Shown in pieces: positions 24,212 to 36,450 of a stretch of DNA of 64,000 nucleotides. The notes under the pieces were generated by a model. The model made no database searches. It had not been told where the DNA came from and saw only the letters and a program-made list of their open reading frames with translations. Position 1 is the first letter of the stretch, and each line of letters begins with the position of its first letter. The stretch lies in assembly GCF_039654945.1 (NCBI RefSeq), contig NW_027361679.1:101742001-101806000 (forward strand), given 5' to 3'. The stretch comes from Dendrobates tinctorius (Eukaryota). A program made the position numbers and the translations under genes.

Positions 24212-27004
24212 CTAACAGACAGTTCTCCGTCCTCCTCCTTCTTGACCTGTAATCTGCCTTTGACACAGTTGACCACTGCCTACTGCTACAGATTCTTTCT
24301 TCCCTTGGCATCAAAGACCTTGCCCTGTCCTGGATTTCCTCATACCTTTCTGACTTCATGTTCAGCATTTCCCACTACCACACTACCTCCTTATAACACC
24401 CCCTCTCTGTTGGAGACCCCAAGGCTCTGTCCTGGGGCCCCTAGTTTTTTCCATCTATGCTCTTGGCCTAGGACAACTCATAAAGTCCCATGGCTTCCAG
24501 TACCATCTGTATGCAGATGACACTCAGATCTACCTCTCTGGCCCAGATGTCACCTCTCTACTGTCCAGAATCCAGGAGTGTCTATCAGCCATATCCTCCT
24601 TTTTCACCTCTCGCTTCCTAAAACTCAACGTAGACAAAACTGAACTCATTATCTTTCCTTCAACTCACGTATCTTCCCTACCTGATCTATCTATTATGGT
24701 AAACGGCATCACGCTCTCTCCCGCACCTGAAATCCGCTGCCTCGGAGTAACTTTCGACTCTGCCCTGTCCTTCAAACCACACGTCCAAACTCTTGCCACC
24801 TCCTGTCGCCTCCAACTCAAAAATATTTCCAGAATCCGTCCCTTCCTCAGCCCTCAATCTACTAAAACTCTTGTACATGCCCTCATCATCTCCCGCCTTG
24901 ACTACTGCAACACTCTCCTCTGTGGCCTCCCTGCTAACTCTCTTGCACCATTCCAGTTCCAGTCTATCCTTAATTCTGCTGTCTGACTAATCCACCTCTC
25001 TTCTCGCTACTCCCCTGTCTCTCCCCTCTGCAAATCCCTCCATTGGCTCCAAATTCCCCAACAAATCCAGTTCAAACTACTAACACTGACCTACAAAGCC
25101 ATCCACAACCTTTCCCCTCCCTATATCTCTGCACTAATCTCCCAATATCTTCCCTCACTTAATCTTCAAGCCTCCCAAGACCTCCTACTCTCCTCCACAC
25201 TTATTCCTTCCTCACACAACCGCTTCCAAGATTTCTCCCGAATATCCCCTATCCTCTGGAATGCCATGTCTCAACACGTCCGATTATCCACCACCCTCGG
25301 ATCCTTCAAACGGAACCTGAAAAACCATATTTTCAGGAAAGCTTACAGCCTGCAATAACCATTCTGCCGCCTCACCACCGCCTGAGCTGCCGCCTCATCA
25401 CCACCAGAGCTGCTGCACCCCGACCTTCTGTCTCTTCCCCACTATCCCGTAGAATGTAAGTCCGCAAGGAGAGGGTTCTCTCCCCTCTGTACCAGTCTGT
25501 CATTATAAATTTGTTTACTATTAACGATATCTATAACTTTGTATGTAACCCCCCTTCTCATGTTCAGCACCATGGAATTAATGGCGCTATATAAATAAAT
25601 AATAATAATTCTACCTCCCAAAAATCGGAATAGAAAGTGATCAAAAAATATCATGTGCCTGAAAATGGCACCAATCAATAAGTCAACTCGGGACACAAAA
25701 AAAGCTGTCACATGACTCTGTCGCCCAAAATATGGAAAAATAGTAGCTGTTTAAATATGGTGTTGCAAAAACTAGTTTTTGCAATAAAAAGCGTGTTTAG
25801 TGTGTATTCACACCAACCCGAAAAATAAGTTTTTCTAATCACTTATACCGCACGAGGAATGGCGGAAAGAAAACCAAAACTATTCTTCATCTGCTGTTGA
25901 TTTGTTCATTTATTCGCAGTAAAGCTCGGCTCACATTTATCCTTACACTGGGGTTTCTGTGTAAATCTCTGAAATATGTGATTCAGATGGACTCTCCTAT
26001 CTCCCTTTCCTAGCTGTCACCCTTCTAACCTGTCAATCTCCATCTCTAGTGCACAAACCGTCCCCGCCTACTACCAGTTAAGTCTGTCTGTCAAGTCACC
26101 TTCCCCACACTCCCCCTCCCTTTGTCCATTGTCGTCCCGACAATCGTACCACCTACCTACGTCGTTCTAAAGCTTGTCCACAGTCTGTTGTTGGACCGGT
26201 CGTTGGGCCACACCCACCACCCACGGGGGCCGCACCCAACCGGGAGCACCATGCTCCGAGCAGCCTACTGCTACTCGCCAGCGCGCACACCATGTGACAA
26301 CTTGCTTTCAGGTTGGCGAGGTCCACCCGGACTTATCTACGGCATGTACCTCCCACTGCTCTCCCCTTCTGTTACCTTCAGTTACCTGGAACGCCATGAC
26401 CGAGGCCTTTCGCCTAGCAGGTCACCATTGGCGCCCGCCTGTCCGTTTGGGGTGTCCGAGGTGTCGGGGACCTGACTGACGGACCACTGTCTGGTTCCTT
26501 GTTCTTCGTCACTTCATCCTTCACCTAAAAAGGAGTCATGGTCGGCATCTTAGTTACATCTACCTCGTACCCGGAACCTGTTACATGCACCTTTTTTTTT
26601 TTTTTTTTAAACATATTATTCACCAAATCAACTCTTAACATACGATTACTCTTACTTTAATAACATGAGGAGTTACTCAACTGGAGTAACCCCTTTTCCT
26701 CTCTCTCTCTTTTCCCAAAACATGTTAACATTCTTTTTCACAATACTTCCCATACAGCATCTTTAAAATAAAGACTCCCTTTAACATTAATACTCCCTCT
26801 TTCGCATCCCCACTATGTCAGGAAACACAAATTCAACAATATACAAAAACATTTTTTTCTTAACCTGGACGGAAAACTGTCCTCGTGGTCTGCACAACGG
26901 TGCAACGAAATCCCAACAGTCCAGGCCATCTCCTGATGGCCGGTAGCAAGGGGCCCCACCGCCGTGGAGCTCCTGGGATGCAGGGAGTGTCTCTATAGTC
27001 CTTT

Positions 27005-28294
27005 CTACGGGGGCTCGTGACCTTCGGGTTCAGCAATCACAGCTGCCGCGTAGTAGCGGCGGGGACAGTACTCTTTGTAGTACGACACCAAGTCCCCCTC
27101 TCGCAAAGCCCGGCCGTGACGGATGGAAGTCACATTAATATACACCTTTTGGCCGGTAGCGAGGTCTCGGATGAACCCGTATCCTTTTTGCAGGTTGGTG
27201 TACATGAGCCGTCCCATCGATCGTGAAGCCGCAATGCCAGCCTCCCCTCTCTCATGGAGCAGGTTCCAGATCTCCTGCTCCCTGGCCTTTTTCTTCCGGA
27301 TGACCTCCGCGACCCAAATGGAGGGTCCGGTGTAGGCCCTGGAGTCTGGTGGGCGGGACACAGCCAGGGTTGAGAGCGGGACAGAGGCGGCCGTAGATGT
27401 CGGCGGCCCAGCAGCCGCTGGGGCCGGGCAGCGGATAGGGGCATCCGTGATTCCTGACAGATGGGCTGAAGAGCCTGACAAGCAGGCCGCGGCCAACTCC
27501 GATGGTGACGCAGATGCGGACGCGGGACAGGCCGCAACCGGAGTCACAGATGGGGCCAAAGCGGCGGCTGACTTCAAGGGACAGGCCGCTGCAGGCAGGT
27601 GGAACGCAGCAGCATCGGCCGCGGACTGGCTTCGCACCGGCGATACCAGCCGCAGAGCCCTCCACAACCGGGATTCCTGGAGCGCAGGAGGCCGCGCGAT
27701 GCGGCCGGATGGTGGGGGCCGCTTGCTGAGCCGCCGGCAGAGCCAGGGGAACTCTCACCTTCCCCGGTGCCGCGGCCTCCGACACGTCATCCCGCGACTC
27801 CTTCCGCAGCCTCCATTCTTCACCCCGCCGTCTGGCAGGGCCAGCCTCCGGGCTTGGGGATCCCGCGGGGAGGCTCCCCAATGATGTCTTCAGCGGTCGC
27901 TCCTGTGGGGTCCGCTGTCGCTCCTCTTCTTCGCCCGTAGTCTGGAGGACTGTCCGTGACTCCAAGAAGCAGGTCTCCCAGCGAGACTCGATCTCCCGAC
28001 GCCATCGCCACTCCAGGCGTCCGAGGCCACGGCAACTGCAGCGTCGCATCCCGTCCGGTGGGAAACAGTCGAATGGCGCCAAGCAGCTGCAGTCGGCCTT
28101 CTTTCCCCGGCCACTCCCGCTCCTGGGTGGGACGGTGGCCGACTCCTCCACCCAGTTGCCCGGGTGTAGTATGGGGGGCGGTGGCCTCCATACACACACC
28201 GCTCCCCCCAGGGGTACGTTGGAGGGGGCCACAGTCCATCCAGAATGACTGCAAATGCCCAGGACTCTTCCCAGCGCTGAAGTATCACCGCCAT
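27005..28294 (-). pseudogene. LTR-element ORF with C-terminal cold-shock (OB-fold) domain at 27038-27217; two frameshifts in this copy
   Basis: GRLMYTNLQKGYGFIRDLATGQKVYINVTSIRHGRALREGDLVSY..YAAAV aligns by eye to the CSD pattern G.VKWFN..KGFGFI......DVFVH.SAI....L.EG..V.F..A.NV (RNP1 KGYGFI, RNP2-like VYIN). Confidence 0.8.
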
Positions 28295-28481
28295 ATTGGA
28301 TGGAATATGGTGCCGCCCCGGATCCTCTGATGGCAGCGATGATCCAGAACAACGTCCCCAATTTATAATCCACCGGTGTTTGTAATCCACAGGTATTTGT
28401 AATCCACAGGGGAGCAGTCCAAGTCCTTCTAGCTTCTCCAGACGCAGGCCTGCCGCGGATGGTGTCGTATTAGCGGCGGCG

Positions 28482-28499
28482 ATCCTGCCGACTACGCCA
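28482..28499 (-). promoter_or_regulatory. Primer-binding site complementary to tRNA-Ser 3' end
   Basis: TGGCGTAGTCGGCAGGAT, 2 nt downstream of the LTR end; complement of vertebrate tRNA-Ser ...AUCCUGCCGACUACGCCA. Confidence 0.9.
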
Positions 28500-29946
28500 A
28501 ATGTGGTAGGGGATGGGGGGTGGACCGCTGCTTACCAGACGAGGCAAAGACGAGACGGAGACAGAATCCAGGTGTAATAGTTCCAGGTTTATTTCGTCGT
28601 CCTCCTGATGACCACTGTCACGCACCGCAGCCACTTTACAATTCTCTGTTTCTAGGCCTGGGTACCTTTTCACCTTTCCCTTTAGTCGTGTTGGCGTCCC
28701 TCGTGGATCTTTCACTGGGGCTGTCCTAGACCAATCTACCGCCAGCGCTTCCCCTGTCCGAGGTCGCCGTCCAGTCGGTACTCCCGGGGCCTCACTTGTT
28801 CTGCGGTACGTCACCTCGCCTGTCCTGAGATACGTCATGTCAGGGCCACCCCCCTGACTGTCCTCTCCTGTCAGTCCCCTGGCCAAGCTTTCTCTGTTCT
28901 CTGTCTTCTGTCTTCCTCTGCTAAGCTCCTCCCAGGACTGACCACTCTGGAACCCCAACCACTCCTACTTATCCCCTCTCTCACCGGGAATTCCCCTCCT
29001 GGGTTCCTATCTCCCCGCCCCCCATGACTGTGCGTTTCTCGAGCCATAAGCCGTTGTTAAGTCCAAAGCTACTCTCCCCTGCCATCTTGTGGTCATTTCT
29101 CGGTACTGCACTCTCCTATCTCCCTTTCCTAGCTGTCACCCTTCTAACCTGTCAATCTCCGACTCTAGTGCACAAACCGTCCCCGCCTACTACTAGTCAA
29201 GTCTGTCCGTCAAGTCACCTTCCCCACACCTGCTAAGAGGAGGAGCTGACACACCTCCTTCCCTGCCTGATAGCTGCTCCTCTAATGCCCTGCAGTACAG
29301 AAGCATTGCAAGTATCAGATCAGTGATCTGTTACTATACAGTGATGTCCCATCCAGGGACAATGTAAAAAAGTTTAAAAAAATAGTTATTACAAAATATA
29401 AAAAACTTATATAAAGAACAAAAATAAGGAAAAAATGTTATTACAATAATTACATTTATTTATGTAAAACGTGCACAGATTTGGTATCGTCGCTTTTGGA
29501 ACGTTCCAACCTGTAAACTGTCCCACTAGTTAACCCTTTCAGTGAACACCGTAAAAAATAGGCAAAAAAATATGCTTAATAATCATATTGCTGAATCGAA
29601 AGTGCAATAAAACACGATCAGAAAGACGACTATAAATAAAAATGGCAACGCTGAAAACTGTCTTGTCCCGCAAAAAACAAGTCCCCACAAAGTTCAGTCA
29701 GCAGAAAAATAAAAAAGTTATAGCTCTCAGAATAAATCAATGTAAAAATAATTATATTTTCTATAAAATAGTTTTTATTGTGTACTGTAAAAGTGCCAAA
29801 ACATAAAAAAACATGATATTAATGAGGTATCGCTATAATCATACTGACCTGAAGAATAAAGCTGCCTTATTGATATTACCACACTCAGAATGGTATAAAA
29901 AAAAAAATTCCTAAATTGCTGGTTTTTGTTCATTCTACATTTGAAT

Positions 29947-32422
29947 CAGGCCCTGATTGGTAATATAACCAACCGGGAATTTTCCCGCTGGGCCGCTGTC
30001 ATGTGGGCCGCTGGTGGCAGCACCTGCTCATCTGGTCGCGCGCCTGCTCATCTGGCCGCTTGCCAGCTGATGCGGCCACTGGCCTGGCTGTTGCTCCTGC
30101 CGCCGGCCCTCTGCGGGCACGGCGGTTATAGTTTCCAACCCTCCCGCACTGCAGGGAGATAAGCTGCCACACCCCCCCCACACACCCCATCCTCGCCGTA
30201 GCATGAGACCTCCCCCCCAGCCACTCACAGCGTCGCTTGCCTGCTCTCGTCTCTGTTCACAGGACCTGTGATGAGGTCACAGGAGGGGAGGAGTCAGGGG
30301 TCACATGATCAGAAGCCTTTGTCCAGACCCCTGATCATGTGACCCCTGACTCCGTCCCTCCTGTGACCTCATCACAGGTCCTGTGCACTCAGCCTTGCCT
30401 CTTGGTGTCTGCAAGACTCTGCTGTGCAGTTGTCATGGTGCTGGATGAGGCAAGTATGTGTGGGGTCAGGAGGGGTTTACAGGGTAGATGTAGCAGAGCT
30501 GTGTGTGTATGAGGTGTACGGAGTTGAGCCGTGTGTGTACGAGGTGTACGGAGCGGAGCCGTGTGTCTACGAGATGTACGGAGTGGAGCCGTGTGTCTAC
30601 GAGATGTACGGAGCGGAGCCGTGTGTGTACGAGGTGTACGGAGCGGAGCAGTGTGTGTACGAGGTGTACGGAGCGGAGCCGCGCGTGTACGAGGTGTACG
30701 GAGAGGAGCCGCACGTGTACGAGGTGTACGGAGAGGAGCCCCGTGTGTACGAGGTGTACGGAGAGGAGCCGTGTGTGTATGAGGTGTACGGAGAGGAGCC
30801 GTATGTGTACGAGGTGTATGGAGAGGAGCCGTGCTTGTACGAGGTGTATGAAGAGGAGCCGCGCGTGTACGAGGTGTACGGAGAGGAGTCGTGCATGTAC
30901 GAGGTGTATGGAGAGGAGCCGCGCGTGTGCGAGGTGTACGGAGCGGAGCCGCACATGTACGAGGTGTACGGAGAGGAGCCGTGCGTGTACGAGGTGTATG
31001 GAGCGGTGCCGTGTGTACGAGGTGTACGGAGCGGTGTCGTGTGTACGAGGTGTACGGAGCGGAGCCGTGTGTGTACTTGGCGTACGGAGCGGAGCCGCGT
31101 GTGTATGGGGTATACAGAGCGGAGCCGTGTGTACGGAGTGGAGCCATATGTGTACGGGATGTACGGAGCGGAGCTAAGTGTGTACGGAGCGGAGCTAAGT
31201 GTGTACGAAGCATACAAAGCGGGCTTTTCCCACGGACACAGGAGTACATGGCGGAGCCCCGAGGAGCATTTTAAAACACACACATGACGTTCCACCTGAA
31301 GTGATGTGCTGGAAGCTGACCAGAAATTAGATAATTTCTTGAGGAGATTGTGACAGAACCAGGAATTCTTCAGATCAATCACCATGTCCTCCTCCGACAG
31401 CGCAGACAGCAGGATCGCCTTGGAATCGGGGATGCCGGCCATGTGAGCGGATCATGATATGTCCTGCACCGGGAGGCTCAGGTGGGCACTATAATGGGAG
31501 CCGGGCTGCTATAGTATCTTTATAGAATCTTTCGTTATTTCTTTCTCTCTTTTTCTTTCTTTCTCTGTTCTTTCTTTCTCATTCTCTGTTCTGCCTTTCC
31601 CTCATTTTCTTTCTCTCTCTTTGTTCTTTNNNNNNNNNNNNNNNNNNNNNNNNNNNNNNNNNNNNNNNNNNNNNNNNNNNNNNNNNNNNNNNNNNNNNNN
31701 NNNNNNNNNNNNNNNNNNNNNNNNNNNNNNNNNNNNNNNNNNNNNNNNNNNNNNNNNNNNNNNNNNNNNNNCTGTTCTTTCTTTCTTTCCCCTCTTTCTT
31801 TCTCTCTCTGTTCTTTCTTCTTTCTCTCTCTGTTCTTTCTTTCTCTCTCGCTCTCCTTTCTTTCTCTCTCTTTTTTCTTTTTTCTCTCTCTCTGTTTTCT
31901 CTCTTCCTTAGTGCCAGTCAGTGTGCCCATAATGCCAGCCACTGTGCCCTCAGCACCAGTCAGTGTGATCAGCAGTGCTAAATGGGTGCGATTAGGCGTG
32001 GACATGGGTGTGACTAATTGCGAAATGGATGTGGCCGGGGCATGGCCCAAATTTGCAGCGGAGCGCGCAGCGCGCCGCAGTCTTTGTCCCTCTTTTCCTT
32101 CTTCAAAAGTTGGGAGGTATGATAGGGGCAGCTATGACCAGGGGGTCTGGTTGCCCAATGGATAGCAGTTCTGCCAGGAATTCTGTCACCGTGTGTACAA
32201 AAGGGGACAGAGCTTTGGGAGGAGTACTGTACCTAAAAGCAATAAATAGGACTGAGCTGAAATACTGGGCACAGCTCTGACTACATGTTATATAGTCGTG
32301 TTAATCTCCTCTCACTTCTTGCAACCTACAAGTGTACAAAGATATTATATAGTCACCATGTGACTAGTGGGCCTGTGTAACTTTAAATGCCAGGGCTGAA
32401 TTTTAGTCCCAGTCCGGCCCTG
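29947..32422. mobile_element. Non-autonomous hAT with minisatellite, copy B
   Basis: TIRs CAGGCCCTGATTGG / CCAGTCCGGCCCTG. Perfect 8-bp TSD ATTTGAAT (29939-29946, 32423-32430). Confidence 0.88.
30500..31210. repeat. 30-bp minisatellite, copy B
   Basis: Exact 30-bp periodicity GAGGTGTACGGAGAGGAGCCGTGTGTGTAC over 30541-31010. Confidence 0.95.
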
Positions 32423-32599
32423 ATTTGAATGGTATAAGTTGAACAGAGCAGGTCAGATATGACCTTGGTCAGATTTGACATCACTTGAAGTGACAACTTT
32501 AAAGTGATACCTGAGAAATATACCAGAAATAGTCCAGAAATCAGTCAGACGGTAAGACTAACCACTGCTTTCCTTCTTTACTTGCGTTTTTTTTAACCC

Positions 32600-35500
32600 T
32601 GCTCTTTAACCATGCTCACATTTGCCATCACCGTTTTTGCTCCACTAATCTTCACTCTCCTTCGCTATCACCAAACCCCTGCACCCTTGAACCAAATAAC
32701 TATCTCCCCCTCTCTCTTACCCCCCCCCTCACTTTATCTGCAGACATACTCCTTAACCTCAGACCTCTCCTATTAAGATACAATACAAGACGATCACTCT
32801 CCTTCACCCACCTGCTTTCCCTTTCTCTGCTTCTTCTCACTGCTGGTGACATATCCCCCAACCCTGGCCCCCCCTGCCTCATACATCCCACTAATCCTCA
32901 CCCCTATCTTTCTCACACTAAGAGAAACTACCGCAATCCCTCAAACTTAAAACCTGTGCCTCTGACTCCCTCCCTCCCAAACCCTCTTTCTGGAGCACTT
33001 TGGAATGCTCGCTCCATCTGCAACAAGCTCCACGTGATCCACAACCTTTTTACCTCCCGCAACCTTTCCTTCCTGGCCCTCACTGAGACCTGGCTGACAC
33101 CCCCTGACACGGCCTCCCCAGCCGCACTGAGTTATGGGGGCCTCCACTTTACCCACATTCCTCGCCCTGGCAACAGACATGGTGGAGGAGTGGGTTTCCT
33201 CCTTTCTAAAAACTGCTCCTTCAACCCTATCCAACCCCCACCCTCCCTTATCCTCCCTTCTTTCGAGGTTCACTCTGTCCGTATTTACGCTCCCTCTAAT
33301 CTCCAAATGGCAATCATATACCAACCACCGGGCTCAGCCACTGCCTTCATCGACCAATTCTCCATCTGGCTCCTCCACTTTCTCTCTTCTGACATCCCCA
33401 CCATCATCATGAGGGACTTCAACATTCCCAATGACACCCACCAGCCAGCAGCTTCCAAATTACTGTTACTTACCTCATCCTTTGGACTTACTCATTGGTC
33501 CTCCACAGCCACCCACACAGATGGACATACATTAGACCTCATCTTCACCCGCCTCTGTTCCCTATCTAATCTCACAACCTCTCCCTTCCCCCTATCTGAC
33601 CACCATCTACTCACCTTCTCATCCTTGTCCTTCTCACCTGCCCCCCATGTCCAGCCACTAGAACATCATCACAGAAACCTCACACACCTAGACATTCACA
33701 GACTCTCAGACTCTCTTCTACCTCTGTCCTCCATATCTTCACTCCACAGCACAGACAGTGCCGCCGCTTTCTACAACGCCACCCTCACATCAGCCATAGA
33801 TTCAGTCGCCCCTCTCATGCATGGCAAAGTGCGACAAACCAATAGGCAACCCTGACATAATAACCTCACCAAAAAACTTCGACAAGCATCCAGGGTCGCA
33901 GAGCGGCGTTGGAAGAAAACACGCCTGCCTGAAGACTTCACTACTTTCAAACAAGCTACACTTGCCTTTAAATCAGCCCTCACCTCTGCTAAACAGACCT
34001 ATTTCACAAACCTTGTATCTTCATTATCCCACAACCCAAAACAACTGTTCAGCACTTTTAACTCTCTCCTCCGCCCACCTACTTCAAAAACAAGATCGAC
34101 CAAACAAGGAAAACCTTTACAGTTCCACCACCCTAACCACTCCACATACCAGACCTCTGCCCTTCCCTAATAACCTCCCTCTCCAACATCACTGAAGGAG
34201 AGCTTACTCATCTCCTTTCCAAATCACACCTCACCACCTGTGCACTTGACCCCATCCCTTCCCACCTGCTCCCCAACCTCACTATCATGATCATTCCAGC
34301 CCTAACCCATCTCTTCAACCTATTCCTAACTTCTGGTACCTTCCCCTCTGCCATCAAACATGCCACCATAACACCCATCCTCAAAAACATCAAACTTTGA
34401 CCCAACTGCTATGCCCAGCTTTCGCCCCATATCACTGCTCCCGTTTGCTTCCAAACTCCTTGAACAGCATGTTCATGCTCAACTTTCCTCCCACCTCTCA
34501 TCTAATTTCCTCCTTGACATCCTGCAATCTGGCTTCCGCCCCCACCACTCCACTGAAACTGCCCTGACCAAAATTACTAATGACTTACTCACAGCCAAAG
34601 CTATCAGACAGTTCTCCATCCTCCTCCTTCTTGACCTGTAATCTGTCTTTGACACAGTTGACCACTGCCTACTGCTACAGATTCTTTCTTCCCTTGGCAT
34701 CAAAGACCTTGCCCTGTCCTGGATTTCCTCATACCTTTCTGACTTCATATTCAGCGTTTCCCACTCCCACACTACCTCCTCATAACGCCCCCTCTCTATT
34801 GGAGACCCCAAGGCTCTGTCCTGGGGCCCCTACTTTTTTCCATCTGTACTCTTGGCCTAGGACAACTCATAAAGTCCCATGGCTTCCAGTACCACCTGTA
34901 TGCAGATGACACTCAGATGTACCTCTCTGGCCCAGATGTCACCTCTCTGCAGTCCAGAATCCCAGAGTGTCTATCAGCCATATCCTCCTTTTTCACCTCT
35001 CGCTTCCTAAAACTCAATGTAGACAAAACTGAACTCATTATCTTTCCTCCATCTCACGTATCTTCCCTACCCGATCTATCTATTATGGTAAATGGCATCA
35101 CACTCTCCTGCACCTGAAATGCGCTGCCTCGGAGTAACTCTCGACTCTGTCCTGTCCTTCAAACCACACGTCCAAACTCTTGCCACCTCCTGTAGCCTCC
35201 AACTCAAAAATATTTCCAGAATCCGTCCCTTCCTCAGCCCTCAATCTACTAAAACTCTTGTACATGCCCTCATCATCTCCCACCTTGACTACTGCAACAC
35301 TCTCCTCTGTGGCCTACCTGCTAACTCTCTTGCACCACTCCAGTTCCAGTCTATCCTTAATTCTGCTGCCTGACTAATCCACCTCTCTCCTCGCTACTCC
35401 CTTGTCTCTCCCCTCTGCAAATCCCTCCATTGGCTCCCAATTCCCCAACAAATCCAGTTCAAACTACTAACACTGACCTACAAAGCCATCCACAACCTTT

Positions 35501-35952
35501 CCCCTCCCTATATCTCTGAACTAATCTCCCAATATCTTCCCTCACGTAATCTTCGATCCTCCCAAGACCTCCTACTCTCCTCCACACTAATTCCTTCCTC
35601 ACACAACTGCCTCCAAGATTTCACCCGAATATCCCCTATCCTCTGGAATGCCATGTCTCAACACGTCCGATTATCCACCACCCTCGGATCCTTCAAACGG
35701 AACCTGAAAAACCATATTTTCAGGAAAGCTTACAGTCTGCAATAACCATTCTGCCGCCTGAGCTGCCGCCTCATCACCACCAGAGCTGCTGCACCCCCGA
35801 CCTTCTGTCTCTTCCCCACTATCCCGTAGAATGTAAGGCCGCAAGTACAGGGTCCTCTCCCCTCTGAACCAGTCTGTCATTATAAATTTGTTTACTGTTA
35901 ACGATATCTATACCTTTGTATGTAACCCCCCTTCTCATGTACAGCACCATGA
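32600..35952 (+). mobile_element. L2-clade LINE copy B, degraded, tail deleted
   Basis: ATG at 32612, 2A-like motif at 32821-32871, EN ORF 32956..33855, RT fragments 34411..35373. Confidence 0.92.
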
Positions 35953-36002
35953 GTGCTTACACTGGGGTTTCTGTGTAAATCTCTGAAATATGTGATTCAG
36001 AT

Positions 36003-36450
36003 GTCTTATCCTCCAGTCACCTCCAGAGCTGCAATGAAATATTCTGCTGTTACATCGTGTCCCTATTCTCCAGTCACCTCCAGAGCTGCAGTCACTATTC
36101 TGTTACATCTTGTCTTATCCTCCAGTCACCTCCAAAGCTGCACTCACTATTCTGCTGTCACATCATGTCTTTTTCTCCAGTCACCTCCAGAACTGCAGTC
36201 ACTATTCTGCTGTTACATCCTGTCTTATCCTCCCGTCACCTCCAGAGCTGCAGTCACTATTCTGCTGTTACATCCTGTGTTATCCTCCAGTCACCCCCAG
36301 AGCTGCAGTCACTATTCTGCTGTTACATTGTATTATCCTCCAGTCACATCTGAATCTGCACTCATTATTCTGCTATAACATTGTGTCTTATCCTCCAGTC
36401 ACCTCCAGAGCTGAACTCACTATTCTGCTGTTGCATCGTGTTTTATCCTT
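36003..36450. repeat. Tandem repeat, ~57-59-bp unit TCTTATCCTCCAGTCACCTCCAGAGCTGCAGTCACTATTCTGCTGTTACATCGTG (~8 copies)
   Basis: Directly visible. Confidence 0.9.

Larger units (their letters stand above)
20550..25610 (+). mobile_element. L2-clade LINE copy A, degraded, interrupted by CR1
   Basis: EN: ALWNARS..LALTETWL..GGGVG..DFNIP..GHTLDL..SDHH. RT: [30 protein letters not shown]. 3' tail GGCGCTATATAAATAAATAATAATAA at ~25584-25608. Confidence 0.92.
8097..25989 (+). repeat. Tandem segmental duplication, copy A (with three later TE insertions)
   Basis: Collinear with 27228-36003 (LTR element, AT-rich element, hAT MITE with minisatellite, L2). Both copies end CTTACACTGGGGTTTCTGTGTAAATCTCTGAAATATGTGATTCAGATG. 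Confidence 0.92.
25991..29228 (-). mobile_element. Non-autonomous Gypsy-like LTR retroelement copy B: 5' LTR 28502-29228, PBS(tRNA-Ser), cold-shock-domain ORF, PPT, truncated 3' LTR 25991-26109
   Basis: 25991-26109 matches 29110-29228. LTR ends TGTGG..CCACA. PPT GGGAGGGGGAG (26110-26120) abuts the 3' LTR. No RT/IN/PR motifs in the ~2.4 kb internal region. Confidence 0.9.
25991..36003 (+). repeat. Tandem segmental duplication, copy B
   Basis: Collinear with copy A but lacks the hAT, L1 and CR1 insertions. Begins inside the 3' LTR of the LTR element. Confidence 0.92.

Noticed and set aside
24212-24368. N-terminal ~52 aa of the 572-aa ORF 22650..24368
   Set aside because: Antisense L2 sequence beyond the CR1 5' truncation (same peptide in ORF 34479..34811); chance fusion.
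27005-27250. Host Y-box/Lin28 gene, or bacterial csp contamination
   Set aside because: Far more divergent than the highly conserved vertebrate CSDs, intronless, enclosed by PBS and PPT, and contiguous with vertebrate TEs.
28482-28499. tRNA-Ser gene
   Set aside because: Only the 3' 18 nt including CCA are present, next to an LTR end; this is a PBS.
36003-36450. Regularly spaced repeats as a possible CRISPR array
   Set aside because: Units are contiguous with no unique spacers; eukaryotic context; no cas genes.
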